In this document: positions 1 through 9,026 of the stretch, piece by piece
Position numbering within the stretch: position 1 is the first letter of the stretch
Layout of the letters: each line of letters starts with the position of its first letter
Source of the DNA: Leptolyngbyaceae cyanobacterium
Lineage (GTDB): Bacteria > Cyanobacteriota > Cyanobacteriia > Phormidesmidales > Phormidesmidaceae
Assembly: GCA_965263355.1 (NCBI GenBank)
Contig: CBDHHL010000045.1
Span: 1 to 64,000 of the forward strand
Length of the DNA stretch: 64,000 nucleotides
Direction: 5' to 3'
The notes under the pieces: generated by a model
The model's input: the letters and a program-made list of their open reading frames with translations, nothing else
What the model was told of the DNA's origin: nothing
The model's database searches: none
Made by a program: the position numbers and the translations under genes

Positions 1-21
1 ATTTCCCACCAATAGGAGCCA

Positions 22-1710
22 TTACTGCACAACCTCTCTTGCGACAATCTCACCAGTTGCCGCCGCTTCTGCGATTACTCGAATCTCTCCATTAAAATCA
101 TCCGTTTCAAATCGACTAGCCGGAATCGTGTAGACATAATTCCCGCCGGTCGTTTGGGCAGCAGTAGAGCCGTATTGGACGTAAACGGTTTGATTCGTGC
201 TATTTCGAATGACCACGTTTACTCTACTTGGATTCGCGGGCACTAACTGTTGATCAGTGTTGAGATTGGCACTAAGTACAACCGGAACCGATGCACTTTG
301 TTGAACTGCCGTGTTAGCCCCCGTACCACCCGTCAAGAACCAAGATAAATCAGGCTTATTCCTAGCAATCCTAGGACCAGGGAATGCGCCTTGATATTGA
401 CGGATCGTCATTCGAGATCGGCTAAATGCTGTAGCTGCACCCGCAATATCTTGGTTGCCGAATACTCGCAATGCCTCCAATGCACTGCGGCTAATCGTTA
501 TCGTAGTCCCGTTGCTTGCCCATTGCCCTAACTCTGATGCGATCGTGGGGTTTGGGACGGTGCCATCGGTCGTGTAAATTAACAGCCACTCATTTTCTGT
601 TGCGACTGCCGTCGTCTCACTCTCAGTGTTGATTTGAGCAAGCCTATCTTGAGCGATTTCAAACGTGATGGTCGCGAACGTCGTTACAGGCGACACGGTG
701 AACCCAGTTGCACCCGTAATAAGCCCGCCTGCAATTGGCCTGTCCGCTGTGGCCCCTGTGTCGCCTGTGACCGGGATTTCGAGAACAGATTCAGAAACTA
801 ACAGTATCGGGTCGTTAGTGCTCGAAGCTCCAACTACTGCCGTAACGATCGCGTTCCCATTAGCGGCTCCAATCGTAATTCCGTTCTCATCGGAAAACGC
901 GTCATTCGCCGTGGGATAAACAAGATCGTCTCGACCAATGACCGCAAAACCACTATTCCCCGTGCTGGTGGTACCACCAGCACCATCACTAATATCGTAA
1001 GTGACAGATTCAAGCGAGCCTAAACCACCAGTGGAAGAGCTTGCTGTTAGCTGGGCTTCTGTCGGCCCAGTCCCGATTGTAATATCGACCCCTGATGGGA
1101 TGTTAGTTAGAGTCGTTCTATCTCTTGAAAGAACCCCGAACAGCACAGGCCCAGCACCATTAATTTGATAAGGCGTTGCGGTTGGTGATGGGGCCAACTG
1201 GTCTATGTCATCACTCGCCAAAGTAAATCGAGGCGTGTTTGCATCGACAAGGCCAGAACTTGTGGCAACTGTTGCAGGAAAATTTGTAACCTGAGTTGTC
1301 CCCCCAGATGACCCAGATCCGCTTGCTGGTTCCCGTTCTGCCGTTGGGGGTGCGCCAATCCCACCAGAATTCAGATACCAGCTAGACCCGCCTGACGTTG
1401 TATTAAATACTTCATATAAATAATCGCCAACGGCATAGCCTAGCCCGCCATTAGCAGCGGTTGCCCGCCAAAGTAATATCTCAAAATCTGTTGAACCGCC
1501 AAACGTGCCTAAGTCTGCTGTATTTGGAGCACCAATAGTCGTGCCTGCAGTGACGTTACGCCAAGTATTATCTGATAATGCAATGATTAAATCGCCATTG
1601 CTGTACCCTGTTCCATTAGCCGTTGCCTGAAACGTGCCAATAGGTGTTGCGCCACCAGCTGCCCCAACATCTGTGACTAATAATGCGCCCGTCCCAGTTT
1701 GATAACGCAT
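22..1710 (-). CDS. Putative virion structural protein (head fibre/decoration-like)
   Basis: 562 aa, G/T/A/S-rich beta-type composition; last gene of the head operon seen here; C-terminal LVPANPSRVNVVIRN...VYVQYG segment resembles phage structural domains. Confidence 0.45.
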   Translation of the reverse strand: MRYQTGTGALLVTDVGAAGGATPIGTFQATANGTGYSNGDLIIALSDNTWRNVTAGTTIGAPNTADLGTFGGSTDFEILLWRATAANGGLGYAVGDYLYEVFNTTSGGSSWYLNSGGIGAPPTAEREPASGSGSSGGTTQVTNFPATVATSSGLVDANTPRFTLASDDIDQLAPSPTATPYQINGAGPVLFGVLSRDRTTLTNIPSGVDITIGTGPTEAQLTASSSTGGLGSLESVTYDISDGAGGTTSTGNSGFAVIGRDDLVYPTANDAFSDENGITIGAANGNAIVTAVVGASSTNDPILLVSESVLEIPVTGDTGATADRPIAGGLITGATGFTVSPVTTFATITFEIAQDRLAQINTESETTAVATENEWLLIYTTDGTVPNPTIASELGQWASNGTTITISRSALEALRVFGNQDIAGAATAFSRSRMTIRQYQGAFPGPRIARNKPDLSWFLTGGTGANTAVQQSASVPVVLSANLNTDQQLVPANPSRVNVVIRNSTNQTVYVQYGSTAAQTTGGNYVYTIPASRFETDDFNGEIRVIAEAAATGEIVAREVVQ

Positions 1711-2156
1711 TAAAGATACCCCAAGAAAATATCATCTAAAGAACCTACGGAATCAGTAGTTTCTGTATTCCTAGTTTCTGTCCAAGCCTGCCTACCCGCT
1801 TCGTAGCCACTCTTAGATACGTTAGTTTTATTGGCATCATCCACAGTCAATTGCAAGATAGCATCTTCTGCATTTTGTAAATCCAATAGAGCTTGTATTT
1901 GTTGCTCTGGACTGTCAATTGTTTTTGAATAATGATCAACTATACTTTTGCTACGCTCTAACGATGACGGGTCTAATTGTAGAAACCTAGCAGCCGCATA
2001 ATAGGCCCGATAGTAAATAACCCCATTCGGGTCCGTGCCTATTGATGATTCAAGTAAGTTTTTGAAGAAAACAAAGTCAGCACTCGAAACTTTTTGTCGA
2101 GTAGCGGGCAACGAATTTTGTATGAAACTAAACGCGTCATTCAGGTTTGTGAACAC
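1710..2156 (-). CDS. Putative head-tail adaptor
   Basis: 148 aa helical protein two genes after the capsid gene; called on synteny only. Confidence 0.35.
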   Translation of the reverse strand: MFTNLNDAFSFIQNSLPATRQKVSSADFVFFKNLLESSIGTDPNGVIYYRAYYAAARFLQLDPSSLERSKSIVDHYSKTIDSPEQQIQALLDLQNAEDAILQLTVDDANKTNVSKSGYEAGRQAWTETRNTETTDSVGSLDDIFLGYL

Positions 2157-2484
2157 TGTTCGTCAAAGCCTCAATTACATCAGCCCATTTTTGATCACTC
2201 ATTCCAGCCGCATTTTGGGCCACCTCCAATGACTCAAAGCCTTGGTTGAATAAAGCTGTAGCCTTGGTTTTGCCAATTCCTGGCAATCCCTCTAATTCTG
2301 CCTCAGACATACTATTTAATACGTTTAAGGCAGGCTTAATCATTGTTGGCTGTTTAGCTACTGGCTTTAGATAGCCAAGCTTAATCAACGCTTGAGCCTC
2401 TTCAGGAGATAATGTTATTTTATCTCCTATTTTTTTGACCCCATCATTAGAGGCGACTTGCCCCAAGATGACTATATAGTTCAT
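2137..2484 (-). CDS. Small head-associated protein with a helix-hairpin-helix motif
   Basis: LEGLPGIGKTKA HhH motif; immediately follows the capsid gene. Confidence 0.55.
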   Translation of the reverse strand: MNYIVILGQVASNDGVKKIGDKITLSPEEAQALIKLGYLKPVAKQPTMIKPALNVLNSMSEAELEGLPGIGKTKATALFNQGFESLEVAQNAAGMSDQKWADVIEALTNSVHKPE

Positions 2485-2489
2485 GATGT

Positions 2490-3482
2490 TTATGCAACAG
2501 CATTAGAAATTAAGTAACCGTGAGTGATTAAGTTAGCGTCATTCACACCAACAGCCTGCACTGAACGATCAAAGTCAAGCTTGTAAACGGTTGCGCCGCG
2601 ATCGTCATCACGGTATGGAGAGAACACTTGAGGGTTACCCATATAGGTATAAGTGTAACCATAGCTAGGCTCCTCCTGGTCAATTGTCCCAGTAGTCCGG
2701 AAAGGTAGGCGATCTTGGCGCAATGCAGACGGGTTTGTATAGGCCATGACAAGGTTCTTGCCAAAGACATATTCCTTTGTCCCGTTAGCCCGCTTAACCA
2801 AAGCTGAGCACACCCGAACCTCATCAAACCCGTAAAAGTTAGCTAGCATTTCAGTAGTCAAACTGTCTCGGGTTGTATGCTTTAATCGGTCTTTAATCAA
2901 TTCATTTTCTTGAATGGTATCAAAGACTTCACGGCCCATCACCATCACGTTTGGATCAACTCCAATCTGTTGAGCGATAGCAGAACGACCAGCACGAATG
3001 TAAGTACCAGGGTTGGAGGATGGATCATTAAACTGTTGCGCGCCAGCAAGAGCAATTTGATTGCCTGCTGCGTAATTGGCTGGTGTAACCGCTACAGCAG
3101 CTGACTCAATCTCATGCTTAAGCCCAGCTCGTTGAATCATCCGAGTAGACGCACGACGCCCCCAGTTGATGTTCATCCGTTCCATTTTCTTAGCTTTTTT
3201 ATCTCCTACGCGATAACTAAAGCCTTTGATATTCAACGAATAAGCAGCACCCTGGTAACCGTCCTGAACTTCAGGATAGGTCGTGTCATCAGCTCGGTTA
3301 TCGTCAATTTCTTCATAGATTGCATCATCAAAGCGAATGATGCGACCGTCATAATCCCCTGTTTCTACAAGTGGAAAAAGTGCCCGCATAACAAACTGAG
3401 GCATCTTAAAGCCTTGAGCCACATTTGTTAAGCTGATCGATACGCCAGCACTTGCATTCCGTAAACTGTTTGGTGTTCCCAT
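2490..3482 (-). CDS. Major capsid protein (HK97 fold)
   Basis: 330 aa; LTNVAQGF...LFPLV N-terminus, IGVDPNVMVMGREVF, EPSYGYTY; follows protease, scaffold and cement genes. Confidence 0.85.
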   Translation of the reverse strand: MGTPNSLRNASAGVSISLTNVAQGFKMPQFVMRALFPLVETGDYDGRIIRFDDAIYEEIDDNRADDTTYPEVQDGYQGAAYSLNIKGFSYRVGDKKAKKMERMNINWGRRASTRMIQRAGLKHEIESAAVAVTPANYAAGNQIALAGAQQFNDPSSNPGTYIRAGRSAIAQQIGVDPNVMVMGREVFDTIQENELIKDRLKHTTRDSLTTEMLANFYGFDEVRVCSALVKRANGTKEYVFGKNLVMAYTNPSALRQDRLPFRTTGTIDQEEPSYGYTYTYMGNPQVFSPYRDDDRGATVYKLDFDRSVQAVGVNDANLITHGYLISNAVA

Positions 3483-3514
3483 TTTTTATCTATCTCAATT
3501 TCCAAAAAAAAGAC

Positions 3515-3868
3515 TTAACTAACAGTGTCCGTGTATGGGAACACTTCGATGAATTCTCCTGCTGCCGCTGCTGTCACACCAGGCTTTAGCCGAGCGCAAA
3601 CATTGTTACCAGCTGTCCAAGGAATAACCCGTCCAGTGGCATCGGTCATCAGTCGGTTTTCGGTGCCGTCAATGACAGCGCCCGTTTCCCAAATGCCGGT
3701 CACACCAACAATTACGCGGCCATTGTCACCAGCAAGAATCTCAGTATCGGCAACACCAATGCAAGCTTCACCGGCAGTCGCTTGAGCTGCTGAAAAGTTA
3801 ACGCCACGCTTTGCCGCGATCGTCGCAGCTGGGGTGACCGTTATTACAAGACATCCAACTTGTTGCAT
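3515..3868 (-). CDS. Capsid cement/decoration protein (DUF2190-like)
   Basis: 117 aa; IGVA, LMTDATGRVI and AAAAGEFIEV motifs; directly before the capsid gene. Confidence 0.7.
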   Translation of the reverse strand: MQQVGCLVITVTPAATIAAKRGVNFSAAQATAGEACIGVADTEILAGDNGRVIVGVTGIWETGAVIDGTENRLMTDATGRVIPWTAGNNVCARLKPGVTAAAAGEFIEVFPYTDTVS

Positions 3869-4587
3869 TATTCTGTAACTCCTGCAGCTAAGGTGTAACG
3901 GTCATAAGCTTCTGTATAATCAGAGATCTTGTGTTCTGACATATAAGCTCGAATTTTGCGGTCTAGCAGCAGCGAATCATGATCAACTTCGCTCATGTCA
4001 ATGCGCAAAGAGTTTGATTGCTCAACAAAATCAGGATCGAATTCAGGTCCAATTGGCATAGCGCCACTTGACCATAGAGCAGGCCCTTCAGCGATTTGAT
4101 CCATTAACACTTGACGAGCCGATTTTTTGACAGTGCGGCCTGTCGCTGGGTCTGCAAAATCTTGCTCGCCTTCTGGCATAGCCATGATCATTTGAATCTT
4201 GGCTTTTTTGTCGGCTGGTTTGATCTTGCGGTTAGCATCATTAGCCATCTGCTCAACAAAGTTAGTTACTCGATCTAACTCGCGTTGCCGATGTGCTTTA
4301 ATGTTTTCCTCACGCTGGACCTGTAGTTGCCGTTCTAAATCTTGATTGTGCTTTAGAAGGTTAGTAATCTGACCTTGCAGTTCTGAAAATGCCTGCGCCG
4401 TTACAGGGGCATGCATTGGGTCAATAACAGGGGATACAGGTTCCGGTGCTGGTGCGGGAACAGGCGCAGGTGGTTCATTGTGGTCTTGAGTTTTTGACGC
4501 AACGGCTTTTTGAACCGAAGCAGTCAACGCCGTTAGTGTTTCTTTCAGCTCGTTAAATTGCTGAACTGTTACGAATTCGTCAGCCAT
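3868..4587 (-). CDS. Putative scaffolding protein
   Basis: Coiled-coil and Pro-rich; ends in IRAYMSEHKISDYTEAY; lies between protease and cement genes. Confidence 0.55.
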   Translation of the reverse strand: MADEFVTVQQFNELKETLTALTASVQKAVASKTQDHNEPPAPVPAPAPEPVSPVIDPMHAPVTAQAFSELQGQITNLLKHNQDLERQLQVQREENIKAHRQRELDRVTNFVEQMANDANRKIKPADKKAKIQMIMAMPEGEQDFADPATGRTVKKSARQVLMDQIAEGPALWSSGAMPIGPEFDPDFVEQSNSLRIDMSEVDHDSLLLDRKIRAYMSEHKISDYTEAYDRYTLAAGVTE

Positions 4588-5498
4588 TAAGCCTCCAAAG
4601 TTACTATTTGTGAAATCTGTTTTTGTAGACTAGCAATTTCTGCCGTCACATCTGATAAATTTTGCTTTGTCGCAAATTCAGACAAATCTGTTTGCTGTGG
4701 TTCAAAAGCAGCTCTAAGTTCATCTGTTGTTATCCCTAACTTTTGAGCGGCTAAATCCCAGCTAGACTCAGAATAATCATCGTCGTACTTTTTCTTCATG
4801 CCTTCTCTAAGCTCCATAAGCTCAGTAGACATGCGCTCCATCCGGTCATTCAGTGAGCCCATTTGACCGGCATATTCTTTAAGCCCGTCAATCAATTCGC
4901 GAGGAAAAACCTTGTCCGCAGTTTCTAGAGAAGACGAATCAATCAACATATCGCGTTGCATTTGAAATACTTTTGCGATATGGCTTATTGCTTTCCCTAA
5001 TGGCATTTCACCAAACTCCATTACAGCCACTTCAGTGAATTCAAAATCCCAAAGACCATCGGGCTCACTTTCAGCAAATGCCAATGGGGCCATGCCTTTA
5101 ACCGCTGGTTGCTGTCCTCCAAGTGCCCCAATGTGGCCAAAGTTCAATCGGCCAGGGGTAGGGTTGCTGGGATGCTGCCGTGGATAAATGCGAGGGCTGA
5201 TAGACTGAAAATGTTTATTTTCAACCCAATCAACCATTTCCTGACGAACATCTTTGAATTCGCCAAACAATGAATTGCCCACACGTTTAACGGCCTCTAA
5301 CCATCCCCATGCAGGACTATTGTCTTTAGGATGGCCAAGCACTAACGGCACCCGATGACCAGCGCTAGCCGACTCGTTGAACGAATCCGCTAACTCTTGC
5401 AAGTCAGATTCACTAAATGTCGCAGTGCCACCACTAGACGGCGCATGGGTGCCGCTTCTAAATATTTCTATCCAACGTGTTTTAGACAGCATTGACAA
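4587..5498 (-). CDS. Mu-like prohead protease
   Basis: WIEIFRSGTH, PLVLGHPKDNSPAWGW, ISPRIY and GALGGQQPAVKGM motifs typical of Mu gpI-type proteases. Confidence 0.8.
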   Translation of the reverse strand: MSMLSKTRWIEIFRSGTHAPSSGGTATFSESDLQELADSFNESASAGHRVPLVLGHPKDNSPAWGWLEAVKRVGNSLFGEFKDVRQEMVDWVENKHFQSISPRIYPRQHPSNPTPGRLNFGHIGALGGQQPAVKGMAPLAFAESEPDGLWDFEFTEVAVMEFGEMPLGKAISHIAKVFQMQRDMLIDSSSLETADKVFPRELIDGLKEYAGQMGSLNDRMERMSTELMELREGMKKKYDDDYSESSWDLAAQKLGITTDELRAAFEPQQTDLSEFATKQNLSDVTAEIASLQKQISQIVTLEA

Positions 5499-5621
5499 CT
5501 ATCTACAATGACTGTCCCTAGGGTATTCCATTTGATTTTATGGATTCTGGCTTACGCGGTTATACTTGCAACGATGCTGATCAGTTAAAATAATTAGTGT
5601 CACTCACTGCCAATTCTGGCA

Positions 5622-5909
5622 ATGCTTGGAGATTTGCCGGTTGAACCTATGAAATTAAGAAAAATAATTGGGTCTAATATCAGAGATCGTCGTTCTGTCC
5701 TGGGATTGACTCAAGGCGACTTAGCTGAATCTTTTGGCTCCACTGCTGATAGAGTAAGCCGAATTGAAGCAGGCGCAACCGGTCTAGATTTCTCTGAAGT
5801 GCCAGGGGTAGCTCAAGCGCTGGACCTGCCAAACCCATTAGTTTTATTTGAAGAAAATATATTTAGAAAAGTGCCAAATGCTCATCCAAAATTGCAATGG
5901 TTAGACTGA
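5622..5909 (+). CDS. XRE-family HTH transcriptional regulator
   Basis: IRDRRSVLGLTQGDLAE...VSRIEAG HTH_3 signature. Confidence 0.85.
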   Translation: MLGDLPVEPMKLRKIIGSNIRDRRSVLGLTQGDLAESFGSTADRVSRIEAGATGLDFSEVPGVAQALDLPNPLVLFEENIFRKVPNAHPKLQWLD

Positions 5910-6581
5910 GGCACCACGTCTGATTGCTTCCTCAAGGCTCATATAAATAATTGAACACTTGCAGTTATTACGACACTCACATGCTTCTGTCGGCATGACC
6001 AATTCATCTATTGGCAACGGAGGGAATGACGCGTATATAGGGCAACTAGGGCAATGGTCGGTAGGCGCTAACTGTCGAATCCCATAAGTTAAGCCTTGCC
6101 GTCTAGCTACTTCTCGCTTAAACCTATTTTCTAAGGTGAGATCGCTGCCCCCAAACGCCCTAAGCCTGTTCTGTAATTGGGATAATGAATTTTTGCCCGC
6201 TAATAAATCCCTAACTAGCCACGCAAGCCCAAACGCTGTCCCGGTTAATTCCTCAAGACCTAAATAATATTGCTCCTTTAATGCGAATTGAATCATTCGC
6301 CTTAGTTGCTGGTCTGGTAAGTCGTTAAAATCTTTTGCTTTTAACCAGTGCAAGTCACGAAGAATTATGGCGGCCCTAAATTGAAACTCGCGAGTGCCGA
6401 TGGTTTGACTAGCTAGCAATGCGGCCAATGCAATAAGCGCTGCAATTAAACTATCCCTCTCTTGGTTGGGTGTCGATTCAGACTCCGCAATCAAATCATA
6501 ATCAGCATTAGATAAAATGCCGTCATCCAATAAAATGATTGGTTCCAAGAGATCAAACGGCATAGATTCTTGTAAGCTCAC
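5901..6581 (-). CDS. MuF-like minor head protein
   Basis: HCPSC and CECRNNCKC C-terminal Cys pattern; directly after the portal gene. Confidence 0.65.
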   Translation of the reverse strand: MSLQESMPFDLLEPIILLDDGILSNADYDLIAESESTPNQERDSLIAALIALAALLASQTIGTREFQFRAAIILRDLHWLKAKDFNDLPDQQLRRMIQFALKEQYYLGLEELTGTAFGLAWLVRDLLAGKNSLSQLQNRLRAFGGSDLTLENRFKREVARRQGLTYGIRQLAPTDHCPSCPIYASFPPLPIDELVMPTEACECRNNCKCSIIYMSLEEAIRRGASV

Positions 6582-9024
6582 GTTCTGCCCACGCCTTGGC
6601 TGCTTGCTCAGATGCTTTCAAATTATGACGATCAGACAATCCTAGGCTGATATCTAAAAGACCCTCCATGGTTGTTGGGTCACTAGGTACATTCGGGTCT
6701 GCACTCGTCAAGTATTCTAAACAGTCATCTGGTGGAATAAACCTAAGCTCACTAGCATTAATGGCCTTGGCCTTATCCGCTGCTTCCATCTGCCGCCATA
6801 GGCTATTAAACCAACTCATCCCAGCACGACCGCCCCAATAAGCCCACGCCGCCCATGCTGGCGTATCTTTAGCAGCTGAGCCGAACCGAGCATTGCGCTT
6901 AAAGAACCGATAGCCCATCCTTGCCCTGGCTGGCGTTGCCGCATCGCCATTAGCAAACTTACTGGCCCATCGTTTGGTTGCTGACTCCATGCCGCCCCCA
7001 ATCTTTAGGTTTTCGTTATTAATAGCAGACTTAAACGCTGAACGAACAACCATGGGAGGCTTAAAATTAATATGGCTGTAACGGCCTTCAGCAAACATTG
7101 GTGCATTAGCACACTGTTCAATATCTCGAATGGATACCTCTTCAATGCCACCAAAAAAACGAAATGGCATTTGTCGTTTATACGCTCGTTCAAATTGAGC
7201 AGCTGTTTCAAAAAAGATCCCATATTTGCATTTGTCAAATTCACCAGTCTGAGTCAATTGACGAATACGAAAAATACGATTGCTACTAAAATGAGGTCCC
7301 AAATAGACATCTAACGCCTCGTCATCATCTCCCTTATGCCCTTCGAAATAACCATAGGCAACGCGCATCGGTTTTTGAAACCGTAAGCTCCCTACTTCAT
7401 TTTCAATGCCGATCCTAAACCCGTTCCAAGTAACGAAACGACCAGCACCAGCAAAATCTAACTCAGCTTTGGCCGCCGCTTCATTGGGCAGCCCCCATCC
7501 AAACCGATTGGCAATCTCAATAATATTTTGCTGAATACTTTCTGGCATATGTTCAGATAGTCGCCAAGCCTTTTCTACGTCTGCATCACTAGAGATCGGC
7601 AATGTTTGACTTGGCCCAGCAAATGCCCCCTTGATTTGACCTGTAGCTAGCTGAGCACGTTTTAGCTCAGTCCATTCAGTAAATGATGCAGTAGGTTGCT
7701 GTTCCGTTGGAGATGCTAAAACAGGAGCAGCGATAGACCAGTTTTGACCATAAGTTTCCTTCACATATTCATCGGTAGGAACAAGGCCAGAAGTAATTAA
7801 CGTGCTATCAGCAACAGCGCGTTCTGCTCGATTAGCCTCTTCCCTGGCTTCCTCTTCTAACTGTTTAGCATCTTCCGTCGTCCATCGCTTAATGACGGGG
7901 ATCTCTGCCTTAGGCGCGTTCAATTCAAAAAATGGCTTCCACAATTGCTCTATTAATTGAGCGTCTAACAAATTACAATCCGCATCAGTTAACGATGATT
8001 CCCGCTCATCTTGTTGGCTGCTATTCGCCGCAAAACTCCCCCCTGTTGAGCGCTCTGCAAAAGATGATTCTCCCAACACAGCTTCTGTAATCTGACTATC
8101 CGCAAAATTCATTAGCCGCTCGTGGACATCTGGACTACTGGAATTAATAGCCTCCACTAATCTCACATCAAACCCAGCCGGAAACGCGCCATATCCGTTG
8201 GGGCTTATTGTCTGCAAAAAAGCTTGAAAATCTTTATAAGCCGCTAAGTGACTTGGATTATTTAGCTGGATCACTTCCTCGTCATATGTTCCAATTACTG
8301 GGGGAGAACCCAATCGATCGCTATGCAGCAGCCAAGCATTACGCGCCTCTTTTTTAATCTGCCTCCATGCCCAAATCTGGTATCCCAAACCCCTACCCCA
8401 TGGCAATCCCTGAGAACTGCCAAACGAATACATGATCATTCGCCCTTTAGGGATTCTTTCCCCTCTCACTGGGCTGCGCTTAGTCAGTAGCCTAACCTCA
8501 TAGCCGTTCTGCATCACTATCTGATCAGAAATTGGCATCCCACGACGCAACCGCTCGCCAGTCGTTAACGGAGTAAAATAATCGTCTTCTTTATAGTGCG
8601 CAAAATTAAATCTATACTGAGGAACAAATTTTAACTGTGGCAGTAATAACTCATCTACTTGCTCCCACTTTTCAACCGCTAATGCACTGAAACCAATCAA
8701 CATTCCACTGTCAATCAAATCATTGCAAAGCTGTTCATAATTAATACGCTTAAGCGCTAAGCCAAGAATTTCAAACGCTCGTTTATCTTGTCGCTTTTCT
8801 GATGCAGGCTTAGTAATTAACCGACGGCCTAATATCGCTAAGCGTCTTCGTTGTAGCCTAGAATGTATGTGGGCATCCTGCCTAAGCTTTTCATATAGTT
8901 GATACTCACGGCCAAGCCTAATATTTAGATAGTCGTCCTCAGGTTGCGGCCCATCATTGATGTGAAACGCCAGATACGGATCTGTATCAATAAGATTTAA
9001 TTTTGTTTTTGCCGATAAGACCAT
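6553..9024 (-). CDS. Portal protein (DUF935/Mu gp29-like) with extra C-terminal domains
   Basis: DAHIHSRLQRRRLAIL, PWGRGLG, DRLGSPPVIG and QITEAVLG motifs; follows the large terminase; about 370 aa C-terminal extension. Confidence 0.85.
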   Translation of the reverse strand: MVLSAKTKLNLIDTDPYLAFHINDGPQPEDDYLNIRLGREYQLYEKLRQDAHIHSRLQRRRLAILGRRLITKPASEKRQDKRAFEILGLALKRINYEQLCNDLIDSGMLIGFSALAVEKWEQVDELLLPQLKFVPQYRFNFAHYKEDDYFTPLTTGERLRRGMPISDQIVMQNGYEVRLLTKRSPVRGERIPKGRMIMYSFGSSQGLPWGRGLGYQIWAWRQIKKEARNAWLLHSDRLGSPPVIGTYDEEVIQLNNPSHLAAYKDFQAFLQTISPNGYGAFPAGFDVRLVEAINSSSPDVHERLMNFADSQITEAVLGESSFAERSTGGSFAANSSQQDERESSLTDADCNLLDAQLIEQLWKPFFELNAPKAEIPVIKRWTTEDAKQLEEEAREEANRAERAVADSTLITSGLVPTDEYVKETYGQNWSIAAPVLASPTEQQPTASFTEWTELKRAQLATGQIKGAFAGPSQTLPISSDADVEKAWRLSEHMPESIQQNIIEIANRFGWGLPNEAAAKAELDFAGAGRFVTWNGFRIGIENEVGSLRFQKPMRVAYGYFEGHKGDDDEALDVYLGPHFSSNRIFRIRQLTQTGEFDKCKYGIFFETAAQFERAYKRQMPFRFFGGIEEVSIRDIEQCANAPMFAEGRYSHINFKPPMVVRSAFKSAINNENLKIGGGMESATKRWASKFANGDAATPARARMGYRFFKRNARFGSAAKDTPAWAAWAYWGGRAGMSWFNSLWRQMEAADKAKAINASELRFIPPDDCLEYLTSADPNVPSDPTTMEGLLDISLGLSDRHNLKASEQAAKAWAERELTRIYAV

Positions 9025-9026
9025 AT

